Below are positions 1 through 10,609 of a DNA stretch of 64,000 nucleotides, piece after piece; the first letter of the stretch is position 1; the number at the start of each line of letters is the position of its first letter. A model generated the notes under the pieces. The model was not told the origin of the DNA, did not search any database, and worked only from the letters and a program-made list of their open reading frames with translations. Source of the stretch: an uncultured Dehalococcoidales bacterium (GTDB lineage: Bacteria > Chloroflexota > Dehalococcoidia > GIF9 > UBA5629). The position numbers and the translations under genes were made by a program. The DNA lies in contig CAZFIM010000001.1 in NCBI GenBank assembly GCA_964519615.1, forward strand, positions 37,065-101,064, in the 5' to 3' direction.

Positions 1-438
1 AATCTCGGAATCCTGGAGAACGCACTTTATGAAACCCCGGAGAGCACAAAGGAGGCACTTCAGTCCGCCATCGACATTTCCATAGAGAATTACGCTCAAA
101 TTCAGCAGGAATTGCAGAACCTGGAGAAATTGCCTAAATACGGCCCCGGCTCTCCTACCAATACAAAATACGGGGATTTTTGGAAAAACAAACCGCAGAA
201 CGAGCCGGGATATACTTCAAACAGCGATAACCTCACAGCCGTCCCTCAGGAGAATAACGCCGTACAGGAACAGCAGCAAGAGCAGCAGCAGACAAACGTA
301 CAAGCGACTGTAACGGATAACACCACCACCGCCACTCCGGAACCGCAAATAATAGAAAAAACGAACGATTCCTCCGCCGCCGATGCGCAGCACTATTTTC
401 AAAAACATTGGTCGCCATGGTTTCAACAAAAGCACTAA
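1..438 (+). CDS. hypothetical protein, 5'-truncated at window edge; Q/T/N-rich low-complexity C-terminus
   Basis: Frame 1 is open from base 1 and continuous with listed ORF 112..438. No recognisable family. Confidence 0.4.
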   Translation, partial: NLGILENALYETPESTKEALQSAIDISIENYAQIQQELQNLEKLPKYGPGSPTNTKYGDFWKNKPQNEPGYTSNSDNLTAVPQENNAVQEQQQEQQQTNVQATVTDNTTTATPEPQIIEKTNDSSAADAQHYFQKHWSPWFQQKH

Positions 439-545
439 TCTTACCGCCGTTTTATCTCACTTTTTAATTCAAGTGCCCTAAACCTTTGGCGGGGGCTTGC
501 GTTCTACCTGTAGAAATATATGCTCGATTCATGCCGGAGTATCAT

Positions 546-806
546 ATGAAAGCTATAGAACTGGTGATTTTAACCGCTGCCGTAATCGTGTTGATCATAG
601 CGCTAGCGGCATCTGCAATTGTTTCAAATAGTGCGTCATTTCTCAATATCAATTTCCCCACCCACCATGCCCATGAGCCCAAAATAGGGGTGGCGGAAAC
701 GGGCATTCATTCAGGGAATACGCTGTGTATCGCTATCGATGCTATTACGGGTGCAATTGTAGATTCCAGGTCCTCGGCGGTCGAGTTCCGGGATTATGAC
801 GGATAA
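546..806 (+). CDS. small hypothetical membrane protein
   Basis: ATG at 546 preceded by GGAGT (534-538). Hydrophobic helix ELVILTAAVIVLIIALAASAIV. Start chosen inside ORF 486..806. Confidence 0.3.
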   Translation: MKAIELVILTAAVIVLIIALAASAIVSNSASFLNINFPTHHAHEPKIGVAETGIHSGNTLCIAIDAITGAIVDSRSSAVEFRDYDG

Positions 807-1175
807 ACAAAAACCAATCCCGTTTTACTGATTTATCCCTGACATAACGGTCGCTGTAAACGTAAAGTACGCTGATTTTATCCGGCTGACAATGCTCACT
901 CTATTCCGCTTAATGACCTCCAGATACTATCGGCAGTGTCATACGGGCTTGATTACTTCACCACATAATCGCCGGCAGCCGGATCAAGCTGCTTAAAGCA
1001 GGTTGCCAAATAGTACTTGCCGTTATCACCATAACAGCGATGAATGAAGATACACACGCTGCTCAGGCCGGCGCGTTACCGTATAACCCGGTACCATTTT
1101 CCTATATTCGCTGCCGGCGATAAAGAGTACAATCTAACGGTAAAGAGTGGAACCGCACACATCGACAGGAGGGCT

Positions 1176-2354
1176 ATGAAGTGTGAGTACCATCCCGATG
1201 CCGATGCAATTGAGGGCTGCATCAGATGCCAGCGGCTGATATGCGCCCAATGCAGGGTTATCATTGACGGGAATATCTACTGCAGGCAGTGCCTGAATGA
1301 ACTTAACAAACAGACAGAAAGAGCGGGCTGCGCAAGAGTACACCTCGTTGATACATTAGCGAACACTGCTGAATTATCGGGACATCAAAAATGCCGTTAT
1401 CATGAGCATGAAAACGCTGTGGCTGTCTGCGTACAATGCGGCAGCGCCATCTGCGGTCAATGCTGCCATGAGCGCGGAGGCAAGATACTCTGCGGCCACT
1501 GCCTGAAGTTGAGCACTCCATCAAAGTCACATTCAGGACTGGGCAACACTATCCTTATTCTCGTCTTGATTGTCCTCGTGTCCAGTGGAATTATGGCATA
1601 CAGGATTGTGCAGCAGCACCATGATAAGCCCCAAACCCCGGATTACGGAGCATTCGCACAGAGCACTTTTGTAGACGTACAGCCTCCGGTACTTAAGGTA
1701 ACGGGGGAACAGGTAAAATTGACCAATAATTCCCGGGCTGTTGACCCTTCTTTTGCCCAGCTGGAGGAATTTCTTGAACATGACCTGACCGATAATCTCA
1801 GATATATTATCGGCGAGCGTATGTGTGCCTCTTTTGCCGAGACACTCCATAATAATGCCGAACTTGCCGGCATAAGGGCTGCTTTCGTGGGCGTGGATAT
1901 TGTCGGTCGCCCTGTAGGGCATGCCTTTAATGCCTTCCAGACAACAGATAAGGGACTGGTGTATATCGATTGTGTAGGCCCAGAGCCTGACCGCGAGGAT
2001 GAACCTCAACCATCGGACTACGATAAAATCGCCTATGTTGTCCCGGGAGAAGCATACGGAACGATAAGTATCGATAAGGCCGGTTCACTGGACTACAGTT
2101 TCTACCGCAGCTACAGCCGGAAGTGGGATGCGTGCGAGCAGTCGATAGCCGATTACAACGATAATGTGGCCAAATTCAATAGCGAGGTGGAGGGCAAGGT
2201 CTACGACGAGAATTCGCAGAAAACTGACGATATCAGGGAATGGAAAGAGGAGCTCGACCGGCAAAAAGTAGAGATAGAAGATATGCTTACGGAACTGGGA
2301 AATTACAGGTTTGTCTCCCCCGGCATCGTTGAAGATATAAAATTTTACTGGTAG
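1176..2354 (+). CDS. membrane protein with two N-terminal B-box-type zinc-finger-like Cys/His motifs, one TM helix and a C-terminal domain of unknown function
   Basis: AGGAGG (1163-1168) then ATG at 1176. Two repeats of C-x-x-H...C-x2-C...C-x2-C (CEYHPD..CIRCQRLICAQC..CRQC and CRYHEHE..CVQCGSAICGQC..CGHC). TM segment ILILVLIVLVSSGIMAY. Confidence 0.55.
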   Translation: MKCEYHPDADAIEGCIRCQRLICAQCRVIIDGNIYCRQCLNELNKQTERAGCARVHLVDTLANTAELSGHQKCRYHEHENAVAVCVQCGSAICGQCCHERGGKILCGHCLKLSTPSKSHSGLGNTILILVLIVLVSSGIMAYRIVQQHHDKPQTPDYGAFAQSTFVDVQPPVLKVTGEQVKLTNNSRAVDPSFAQLEEFLEHDLTDNLRYIIGERMCASFAETLHNNAELAGIRAAFVGVDIVGRPVGHAFNAFQTTDKGLVYIDCVGPEPDREDEPQPSDYDKIAYVVPGEAYGTISIDKAGSLDYSFYRSYSRKWDACEQSIADYNDNVAKFNSEVEGKVYDENSQKTDDIREWKEELDRQKVEIEDMLTELGNYRFVSPGIVEDIKFYW

Positions 2355-2355
2355 C

Positions 2356-4923
2356 TTACTCTTCCCCGTACAAACCGGTTGCAGCCTTCATTCCTGTTTG
2401 AGTTTCAGTGGTGATCAGGGGTATGAAAAGGTCTACAAGATTCGGGTCCAGAGACTTCCCCCGGCAGCGCAAGAGCTCTTTCACCGCTTCCTCATATGTC
2501 AGGGCATTACGATAGGGCCGCACTGAAACCATTGCCGCAAATGCATCCGCAACCGCGATTATCCTGGCCCCAATAGGAATATCTTCACCCTTCAATTTCT
2601 CCGGGTAGCCCTGCCCGTTAAAGTGTTCATGATGATAAAGAACCAGTGGGCTGCATTTTACCAGCGCGGGAACATGGCTGATTATTGCCACTCCGATGGC
2701 ACAGTGGGAGTGAAACACCTCTATCTCCTCAGGAGAGAGAGCCTCTTCCTTATTAAGCAGCTCATCCGGAATGCCTATCTTGCCCACGTCATGCAGCAGG
2801 GCAGCCGTCCGCAGAACATTCAGATCATCCTGTGAGAGCCCCACCGCTCTCCCCAACGCTACAGCATACATCGATACCTGCTGCGAATGGCCGCTCGAAT
2901 AGTGATCGCGCGCATTTAAAGCCGCGATCAATGTGCGTACCGTTGCCAGTGGGCCGCTCACCCTTATATCTGCCGTTTCGCAGTCTAAAGGAGAAGAGGT
3001 CATGGAAGAATATATGGTGGCACGGTTGCCTCCGGCCCGCTTGGAGTTGTACAGTGCGGCATCGGCTGCTTTAACCAGATCATCGGCAAAGGCGCCGTCA
3101 TTGGGGAAGGAAGCGATGCCGAGACTTATGCCGGGTTTTATCTCGCCGGTACGCAGTGATTTTACCACTACCTTTCGTATCCTCTCCGCGATCAGGCTGG
3201 CTTCCACCGCGTCCGTCTGCGGCAGCAGCAGTACGAACTCATCACCACCGTAGCGGAATACCAGGTCTACGCTCCTGATGGACTTCACCAGTATCTTGCT
3301 GAAATCCTGAAGAAGTTTGTCACCTGCTTTATGTCCGTATGTATCATTATAGGTTTTGAACAGGTCCAGATCGCATAGCATAAGCGTGAATACGCCGCCG
3401 TAGCGGTTATGCCGGCTTATTTCCTCATTGATCCGTTTATCGAAATGCCTGCGGTTAAAGAGGCCGGTTAGCTCATCCGTAACCGCCTGTACCGCAATCT
3501 CCGCATGAAGCTGCGCGTTCTCTATAGCGGTGGCTATCTCTCTGGTGAAAAAGCCGATTATATCGATCTCGCCCATATCGTAGGTCATGCCGTTGACTTT
3601 CTTAGACAGCACCAGCACGCCGATAAGATTCCCCCTGCTGATAAGAGGAGCAAGGATCTCTATTTCCGCTCCCTCAATAGCGGTCATCTCTTTCTCCCAT
3701 GAATCGGAGCCTGCGTGGAGCGAATTGAGGTCATCTCTAAATAAAAGCCTTTGCTTCAGCCGGAGCTGTTCCACTACAGGCCCTTTTGGATCGAGGCTGA
3801 AAGAGGGAATAGTCTCCAGATTGCTCTCCATGCTCATAAACTGCGTTACCAGATCGCTTTTTTCGCCCTCGAAAAGAAGCAGATAGACCCGCCTGGCGTT
3901 CAAAGCAGCAGCCACCAGATTGGTTGCCTCGCTGCCGAGTTGATCGATCTCCAGAATACTACCTGCCCTGCGGCTGAAATCCAGCAGCATTTGGCGGTAA
4001 TCATACGTCTTGGGATAAAAAAGCTGCTCGATCTTGGCCTCCAGAATATTGCGCAGCGGCAAAAAGACGATAACGATAATCACCGCACCCACAAACGAAA
4101 GGGTAAACAGCGAAATGTCTATACCCAATCTCTGTAATTTTATTGCTATGTAGAGGATCGGCATGAATATGACCAGCACGATGATAATCATGCTCAGATA
4201 AACAAGGCCGTGGCGCAGAAAAAGCTTCATGTCCACAAGCTGGTGCTTGATAATAGAATAGGTCAATATTATGGCAATGATCAGATTGCCCAGATGTGAT
4301 ATAGGAAGCTGGCGGCCCATCATCGTAAGATTGCTTGCGGCGGAGGCCCCAAAAATAATTATGGCAAAGAGCAAATAAATAATCTGGTTGTGGATAAGAG
4401 GAGTTTCAGCCGTCTTGAGCCTGCGGAAAAGTTTAATAATAGCCCTGCCCGCCAGCACCAAAAAAGGGAAGGCGATAAAAATACCCATATAGAGCATATT
4501 GTATTCAGTATAATAGCTGAGCTTATGCGAGACTCCCTCCGGTAAATAACCCAGAACGCTGAGGACAATGCCGGAAAGCAGCGGTATATAGGCCAGCACC
4601 AGCCAATTGTCCCGCGGATTGCGATAAAACGTGGTGACGAAATGGCTGAACGGTATCAGCATAAAAAGAAAGAGACAAAAGGTTGTCTGCGACAGCAGCA
4701 CTTTATGGTAGGCGAAAAATTGGCTGCGGAATATGGTGCTGCTGATGATCCACGCCATAGCCCCCAGCAAAAATACAGCAAATAACCAGTGCCGCCTGCT
4801 CCAGGGGCGATTTACATACATGATGATAAACAACATGATGTATATAGCAAAAGCCAGTACAGGTATGGCCAAATAGACATTCATTTGTGAACGCATTATC
4901 ACTCCGCAGCGATCAACTGTCAA
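2356..4923 (-). CDS. membrane-anchored multi-TM sensor fused to a GGDEF diguanylate cyclase and an HD-GYP phosphodiesterase domain
   Basis: N-terminal ~8 hydrophobic helices. RYGGDEFVLLLP (GGDEF). HDVGK plus HHEHFNGQGYP (HD-GYP). Confidence 0.85.
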   Translation of the reverse strand: MTVDRCGVIMRSQMNVYLAIPVLAFAIYIMLFIIMYVNRPWSRRHWLFAVFLLGAMAWIISSTIFRSQFFAYHKVLLSQTTFCLFLFMLIPFSHFVTTFYRNPRDNWLVLAYIPLLSGIVLSVLGYLPEGVSHKLSYYTEYNMLYMGIFIAFPFLVLAGRAIIKLFRRLKTAETPLIHNQIIYLLFAIIIFGASAASNLTMMGRQLPISHLGNLIIAIILTYSIIKHQLVDMKLFLRHGLVYLSMIIIVLVIFMPILYIAIKLQRLGIDISLFTLSFVGAVIIVIVFLPLRNILEAKIEQLFYPKTYDYRQMLLDFSRRAGSILEIDQLGSEATNLVAAALNARRVYLLLFEGEKSDLVTQFMSMESNLETIPSFSLDPKGPVVEQLRLKQRLLFRDDLNSLHAGSDSWEKEMTAIEGAEIEILAPLISRGNLIGVLVLSKKVNGMTYDMGEIDIIGFFTREIATAIENAQLHAEIAVQAVTDELTGLFNRRHFDKRINEEISRHNRYGGVFTLMLCDLDLFKTYNDTYGHKAGDKLLQDFSKILVKSIRSVDLVFRYGGDEFVLLLPQTDAVEASLIAERIRKVVVKSLRTGEIKPGISLGIASFPNDGAFADDLVKAADAALYNSKRAGGNRATIYSSMTSSPLDCETADIRVSGPLATVRTLIAALNARDHYSSGHSQQVSMYAVALGRAVGLSQDDLNVLRTAALLHDVGKIGIPDELLNKEEALSPEEIEVFHSHCAIGVAIISHVPALVKCSPLVLYHHEHFNGQGYPEKLKGEDIPIGARIIAVADAFAAMVSVRPYRNALTYEEAVKELLRCRGKSLDPNLVDLFIPLITTETQTGMKAATGLYGEE

Positions 4924-5140
4924 GCGCTCTGCGGGTGACTATGGTACTGTCTTGTTTCCACCTATGGTCATGAGTAATAAGGGAAAGGCAAACAGCGAGT
5001 GTATGACGATACGAAGGTGTTCGACCCGGTAATGCCTGTCTTTTTACCTCAACACTCTTGACATAGACATCTTCACCCTATAAAGTAGTTCAGATCCTAT
5101 TCGTAAGTCTTGTTTGAAAGCAGGTAACAATGGCACACAA

Positions 5141-5689
5141 ATGCCGGAACGGGATGGTATGCTGGTAAATATTATCGCCCTGCTGATAATGGCCTTTAGC
5201 TTCATAGGCGGAATCGCACAGGGGGCTGTTAAGAGTCTATTTTCACTCATTGCTTTCTTATGTTCTCTCTGGCTCACCGGTCTGGTCTATCACATCCCGG
5301 CCGGATGGCTCTCCTTTATACGGGGCGAGTACTGGGAAAACTTTCTGGGTTTTTTCATCACCCTGGCGGTTATCAGCATAATTCTGCACCTTGTCCTATT
5401 CCTGCCGCGCTTCATCTTCAACAAGCTCTGGTTTATCAAAGGCATGCTTTTCCGTCTTCTAGGAGCGTTCATTAATCTCTTTTACTCTGCTCTCGGGCTC
5501 ACAGTCATTGCCCTCCTGATAACAGCATTTCCCATTGCCGGCTGGCTTCAGGACGCAGTTCTGGGATCCAGCGTGCTGTCATGGCTGGTTCATCACCTCG
5601 GTTTTATCGATGCTCTCATTCCGGGATTGACAGCGAGCAATAGCGGAACAATGGTCCTGCTGCCTTTGCTGGTGCAGTTATACACGTAA
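5141..5689 (+). CDS. CvpA-family membrane protein
   Basis: 4-TM small protein with CvpA-like profile. Listed ORF begins with TTG at 5114. First in-frame ATG is at 5141; 5159 is an alternative. Confidence 0.5.
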   Translation: MPERDGMLVNIIALLIMAFSFIGGIAQGAVKSLFSLIAFLCSLWLTGLVYHIPAGWLSFIRGEYWENFLGFFITLAVISIILHLVLFLPRFIFNKLWFIKGMLFRLLGAFINLFYSALGLTVIALLITAFPIAGWLQDAVLGSSVLSWLVHHLGFIDALIPGLTASNSGTMVLLPLLVQLYT

Positions 5690-5752
5690 ATTTGACGGCT
5701 GCTCTATTTTCATTTATACTTCCATATTGGAAATATTGTTTGCTGAAAATAT

Positions 5753-6265
5753 ATGGCTGAAACAGTGAGAAAGACCCCCGATACCGGGCTGGTGGCCACC
5801 ATAGTACAGGACTTCGTACAGATGTGGACCAGGTTCGAGGCTATGCTTCATAACGAACTGGCGCTTACGCAAAACGGCAACGGCAATGTGCGTAGCGGCA
5901 GCAAATCGACTATCGAAAGCAGCTACAGCCTTTTCTACCGGGTTGGAAATGTTATTCAAAAAGAGAACGGCATGACCATGGGAGAGTTAAGCAGCGCTCT
6001 CGCCGTACCGCTCAGCACCGCTACACGTACCGTCAACTGGCTGGTTGATGCCGGTTATGTTGAAAGGCTCTCTGACCCCGAGGACAGACGGATTGTGCGT
6101 GTTGCCCTCACCCCCCGCGGCAGAGATCTCTACCGGACTATGCAGAAGTACATCGAGGATAGAGTTCATCAGATTCTATCCTGCCTTTCCGCACGCGAAC
6201 AGGCCACTCTCTTTTCCTTTATCGGCAGAGTGGCAGCTGAGCTCAAAGACGTCTCCTCACATTAA
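5753..6265 (+). CDS. MarR-family transcriptional regulator
   Basis: wHTH segment LSSALAVPLSTATRTVNWLVDAGYVERLSDPEDRRIVRVALTPRGRDL. Confidence 0.8.
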   Translation: MAETVRKTPDTGLVATIVQDFVQMWTRFEAMLHNELALTQNGNGNVRSGSKSTIESSYSLFYRVGNVIQKENGMTMGELSSALAVPLSTATRTVNWLVDAGYVERLSDPEDRRIVRVALTPRGRDLYRTMQKYIEDRVHQILSCLSAREQATLFSFIGRVAAELKDVSSH

Positions 6266-6305
6266 TTTTTTTAGCCATATATTTTCATATTGGAATAGTA
6301 CCATT

Positions 6306-7598
6306 ATGAAATATTATCTGGATAAAACGAAATTTATCGCCAGAAAGCAGGTCTGGGCGGGGCTCAAGACAGCGTTCTTTCTGGCGTTCAAGTCCACGCT
6401 GCGCGGAAACAGGTGGGCGCTGGTTTTGATCGTGCTGGTGCTCTCATTCAGCTTCGTCAATCTGGTATTTGTATCCTCGCTGATCGCAGGCGTCATAACA
6501 ACCATGGACGACCAGGTTGTCAACGCTATGGTAAGCAACGTGGTAATAAGCCCTGAAGACGAAGACTATTACCTGGAGAAGATAAGCAGTATAGAATCCG
6601 CCTTGCTCCAGCTTCCTGATGTGGAAGCGGCAGCGCCGCGGCTTTTAAGCAGCGCCTATATCGAATATAAATGGAAGGAAAAGGTATCTCAATCGGATAA
6701 GGGTAAGAGCGGCACCTGGGAGATCGTAGGCATCGATCCTCACAAGGAAAAGGAAGTCACCATCGTACATGAAAGCATGATCGAGGGCAGCTATCTTGAT
6801 CCGGACGACCGCGACCAGATTGTTCTCGGGGTGGAGATTACGGGGGGAGAAGGCGCTGTCACCTCTGAGTTCCTCACGCTGGGAGGAGTGCATACAGGGG
6901 ATAAGGTGCGCCTGACCTACCCCAACGGCGTACAGCGGGAGTACACGGTCAAGGGCATCTTCCGGGCGCGCGAAATGACGCGGGTAGACCATCAAGCCTA
7001 TGTCACCAGGAAGGAGCTGGCCTCCGTGCTTGACAGGCATGTTTTTTATGACCGGGCCAGCGAGATACTGGTTAAAACTAAACAAGGAGCAAGTGAGCCC
7101 TCCGTTATCAGCCGAATGCAGGCTTTGGGCATCCCGGGAAAGATCAGGACCTGGTACGAATACGGCGGCTCCATGCGAGGAGTGATGTCCACCTTTGAAA
7201 TCATCGGCGGCCTGATCGGCGGAGTGGGGCTGGTGGTGGCTGCTGCGGTGATGTTCATCGTCATCTATATCAATGTCATCGGCAAGAGGCGTCAGATAGG
7301 TATACTGCGCGCTATAGGCATACCTCAGCGGTCTATCATCATTTCATATCTGCTGCAGTCGCTTTTCTATGTGGTCATGGGCGTCATTATCGGATGGATG
7401 CTGGTGCAATTTGTGGTTGAACCCTATTTCCGCTACTACCCGCTCGATCTGCCCACAGGCCTGCTCAGCCTTACGGTAGAGTGGACAACGATGTTAGGCA
7501 CGGTCATGGGGCTCTTTATCGCAGGCGTGCTGGCGGGGCTGATACCGGCCTATACTATTATGAGACAGAAAATCATTAAAATAATCTGGGGAAGCTGA
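6306..7598 (+). CDS. ABC transporter permease, FtsX/MacB-like
   Basis: MKYYLDKTKF.. start at 6306. N-terminal TM, large extracytoplasmic domain, C-terminal 3-TM FtsX module. The long 5' extension of ORF 6045..7598 overlaps marR and is rejected. Confidence 0.8.
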   Translation: MKYYLDKTKFIARKQVWAGLKTAFFLAFKSTLRGNRWALVLIVLVLSFSFVNLVFVSSLIAGVITTMDDQVVNAMVSNVVISPEDEDYYLEKISSIESALLQLPDVEAAAPRLLSSAYIEYKWKEKVSQSDKGKSGTWEIVGIDPHKEKEVTIVHESMIEGSYLDPDDRDQIVLGVEITGGEGAVTSEFLTLGGVHTGDKVRLTYPNGVQREYTVKGIFRAREMTRVDHQAYVTRKELASVLDRHVFYDRASEILVKTKQGASEPSVISRMQALGIPGKIRTWYEYGGSMRGVMSTFEIIGGLIGGVGLVVAAAVMFIVIYINVIGKRRQIGILRAIGIPQRSIIISYLLQSLFYVVMGVIIGWMLVQFVVEPYFRYYPLDLPTGLLSLTVEWTTMLGTVMGLFIAGVLAGLIPAYTIMRQKIIKIIWGS

Positions 7599-7604
7599 GA
7601 TACC

Positions 7605-8279
7605 ATGATAGTTGCCAAAGATATTCACAGAATTTATGGAACAGGCTCGGCTGCAACACACGCTTTGAAAGGCATCAATCTGGAGATAGAGCCCGGCGAG
7701 TTCGTGGCCATCATGGGACGCAGCGGCTCAGGCAAATCAACCCTCATGCATCAACTGGGACTGCTGGACCGGCCCACCAGCGGGCAGATATTTATCGAGG
7801 GAATGGACGTTCTTAAGATGTCCAAGGGTGACAGGGCGCAGTTCAGGCTACAGCGGCTTGGTTACGTCTTTCAGGAGCATTCACTCATCAATGAGCTCAC
7901 GATACTGGAGAACGTCTATCTCCCGGCTCTCTGCCTGAACGACGGCAAAGACTACCGTAAAAAAGCTGAGGAACTGCTTGAGATCGTGGGACTTGGGGAA
8001 CGCCTGACACACTATCCTTCCGAGACATCCGGAGGCGAACAACAGCGGGTCGCTATTGCCCGCGCTCTTATCAACGAACCTCATACGCTCTTTGCCGATG
8101 AGCCCACAGCCAGCCTTGATGTGGAATCATCCATCGTGGTACTGAGGCTGTTTAAAAAGCTGAATAGGGAGCTCAATCAAACCATCGTTATGGTTACGCA
8201 TGAGCCTGACGATGAAGATTACGTAGACAGGGTGATACGGCTCAAAGACGGACTTATCACGCAGGACTCGAGGCTTTAG
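7605..8279 (+). CDS. ABC transporter ATP-binding protein (MacB/LolD-type)
   Basis: Walker A GRSGSGKST. Signature LSGGEQQRVAIARAL. Walker B LFADEPT. Confidence 0.9.
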   Translation: MIVAKDIHRIYGTGSAATHALKGINLEIEPGEFVAIMGRSGSGKSTLMHQLGLLDRPTSGQIFIEGMDVLKMSKGDRAQFRLQRLGYVFQEHSLINELTILENVYLPALCLNDGKDYRKKAEELLEIVGLGERLTHYPSETSGGEQQRVAIARALINEPHTLFADEPTASLDVESSIVVLRLFKKLNRELNQTIVMVTHEPDDEDYVDRVIRLKDGLITQDSRL

Positions 8280-8430
8280 CTTCACAACCTTCTCCCGTGA
8301 TAGAGCACGCCTGCGATTCAGACGGTAGTTATGCAGGCAGTTCTCTACCCGTGACAACCCGTATGTAGCGTAACGGCACGATAGTGACACCTGTGTTATA
8401 ATAGGCGCATTCAAAGGCCGACAGGTGCTT

Positions 8431-9084
8431 ATGCTCTACGGAATAACAGGAATTATCGCAGGCTATTTGCTGGGCTCATTCCCCAGTGCCTACCTTATTA
8501 CCAAACTCCGCAAAGGCATCGATATCCGTGACGTAGATAACGGCAACATGGGTGCGGGAGCGGTTATACGGCAGGTGGGAAAGGTTGAAGGAGGCATCGT
8601 TGTTATTGCCGATTTCGGTAAAGGTGCTGCTTCCGTATATCTGGCAGGCCTGCTCGGTGTGGGTGAGGTCTGGGTTATACTCGCAGGACTGGCAGCCGTT
8701 ATCGGCCATAATTTCCCCGTTTATGTGGGATTCCGCGGCGGTCAGGGAATCGCCTGCCTTATCGGAGTGTTCCTGGCGCTGACCCCGCTGGCAACGGCCA
8801 TGGCGCTGATTGTTATCGGGATCGCTCTGCCCATCCTGCGCAATATCTTCAATTCCATATGCATTGCCAGTCCTTTTCTGCCGCTGTTTATTTGGCTGCT
8901 GGACGGATCTATGGCTGTCTTTATATTTTCGCTGGTAATCGTGCTGGCTCTTCTGTTAAGAAATATTCCCAAATTTACACATATGCTTGTACAGGCCCAC
9001 CACAAGCACAGGGCAAGAAAGGTACGTCTTGCAAACCATGCTACTGCCATTGTTGCCGGGCTGCACTCGCATGCAGATGAGTAA
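8431..9084 (+). CDS. plsY: glycerol-3-phosphate acyltransferase PlsY
   Basis: GSFPSAYLI..HNFPV..GGQG motifs. ATG at 8431; the track ORF begins at an upstream GTG. Confidence 0.85.
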   Translation: MLYGITGIIAGYLLGSFPSAYLITKLRKGIDIRDVDNGNMGAGAVIRQVGKVEGGIVVIADFGKGAASVYLAGLLGVGEVWVILAGLAAVIGHNFPVYVGFRGGQGIACLIGVFLALTPLATAMALIVIGIALPILRNIFNSICIASPFLPLFIWLLDGSMAVFIFSLVIVLALLLRNIPKFTHMLVQAHHKHRARKVRLANHATAIVAGLHSHADE

Positions 9085-9165
9085 GCATACTTACCGCTTG
9101 CTGTTAAGCAGGAAGCCCGTTAATACGAGCTGCCAGTACATCAACTATTGATTTCGAGGTAAAAA

Positions 9166-10527
9166 ATGACAAAGATAAGATCAGACGCCGGTCAGGGCAA
9201 GCTCAAGCGGGTGGTTACCCTTATCCCGCTCATAGCCATTATGATAGGGCTTAATATAGGCGGCAGCCTATTTTTAATCACCGGCATAGCCGCCGGGCTT
9301 ACAGGACCTTCTCTCTTTATCGCACAGCTTATCTCCGCTGCACCGATACTGCTTGCCATTATCCCTTATCTGGTGCTTACTTCAGCCATACCGACCACAT
9401 GTGCCAACTACCATTATGCCAAGCTTTTTTCCCGGCCGCTGGCTGTAGCTGCATGGATGGGTCTTTTTATAGCTATACCGGTAGGTGCATTCCCTCTTTT
9501 TGCCATCGCTACCGGCAAGCTGATAGCCGTGATTTTACCCGGAACACCGGTAATCGCCGCCGCAATCGCCGTAATGACCATTTTCTATGCGGTCAATATC
9601 CTGGGTGTAAAATCCGCTGCCTATATTCAACTGGCGACAGTAGCCGTGCTGCTTATTTCGCTGCTGGTCTTTATCATTCCGGGTGTGCCGGCCATCGACA
9701 CTGCCAACCTGACGCCTCTGTTTACCGGCGGTATCACAGGGCTGATAGGGGCAGCAGCCCTCATCTATACGCTTTTGGCGGGCGGACTTTTCGGTATAGA
9801 GATAGGAAATGAGATCAAGAACGCCCGCAATACCATACCGAAGGCCCTCATTATCAGCATGGCCATTGTGCTGGTCCTGTACCTGTTTATCGAGGTGGTC
9901 GCAGTGGGGGTGATGGACTGGAAAATATTTGCTAAGGAAACGCTGGGCGCTCCCGCGGGCATGTTCCTCTCAGGATTCTGGCTGGACTTCTTCGTCATCG
10001 GCGGCGGCATACTGGCATCGGTAACCACCATCAATCTTACGCTGACTGTGGCCGGACGCTACGCCCTGGCATTTGCACGCGACGGTTTCTTCCCTAACTT
10101 TTTCGGCAGTATCAATAAAAGATTCGGCACCCCTCACTGGGGACTGACGCTGCCTTATATCATGTCGGTAATAACGCTGCTGCTCAACCCCCCGCTGGAA
10201 ATTCTCGCGGCTATGCTTAACTTCGGGCTTCTCCTTATGATAACACTGGTTCTCCTGGCTGCTTATAAACTGCCTTCCAGCCATCCGGAGATATTTGCCC
10301 AGTCGAGATGGAAATTTCATCCCCGGCTGGTCTCCGGCACCGCTCTATCAGCAGCAATAATAAACATCGTTTTTATGCTCCTCCTTGCCTACGCTCTTAA
10401 ATGGACTTTCCTGATCTTTGTAGCCGCTGCTATCGCAGGCGTAGTTCTCTATCATGTCAGGATCAGGCAGATAGGATTTGTTCCAAAAGGATTTCAGCTT
10501 GAACCTACGGAACAGCAAAAATCGTAG
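9166..10527 (+). CDS. APC-superfamily amino acid/polyamine permease
   Basis: About 12 TM helices with an APC-type profile. Confidence 0.75.
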   Translation: MTKIRSDAGQGKLKRVVTLIPLIAIMIGLNIGGSLFLITGIAAGLTGPSLFIAQLISAAPILLAIIPYLVLTSAIPTTCANYHYAKLFSRPLAVAAWMGLFIAIPVGAFPLFAIATGKLIAVILPGTPVIAAAIAVMTIFYAVNILGVKSAAYIQLATVAVLLISLLVFIIPGVPAIDTANLTPLFTGGITGLIGAAALIYTLLAGGLFGIEIGNEIKNARNTIPKALIISMAIVLVLYLFIEVVAVGVMDWKIFAKETLGAPAGMFLSGFWLDFFVIGGGILASVTTINLTLTVAGRYALAFARDGFFPNFFGSINKRFGTPHWGLTLPYIMSVITLLLNPPLEILAAMLNFGLLLMITLVLLAAYKLPSSHPEIFAQSRWKFHPRLVSGTALSAAIINIVFMLLLAYALKWTFLIFVAAAIAGVVLYHVRIRQIGFVPKGFQLEPTEQQKS

Positions 10528-10609
10528 CTTACAGGATTGAATGATAAAGCAGCAAGAGGCAGACATTCTGAGTGTTTGCCTCTTGCTGCTTTCCGCCTGA
10601 GTCTCTCTT

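Noticed and set aside
6045-6305. 261-nt 5' extension of the permease ORF overlapping marR
   Set aside because: It lies in a different frame over the MarR coding sequence. The homologous FtsX-type N-terminus begins at MKYYLDK (6306).
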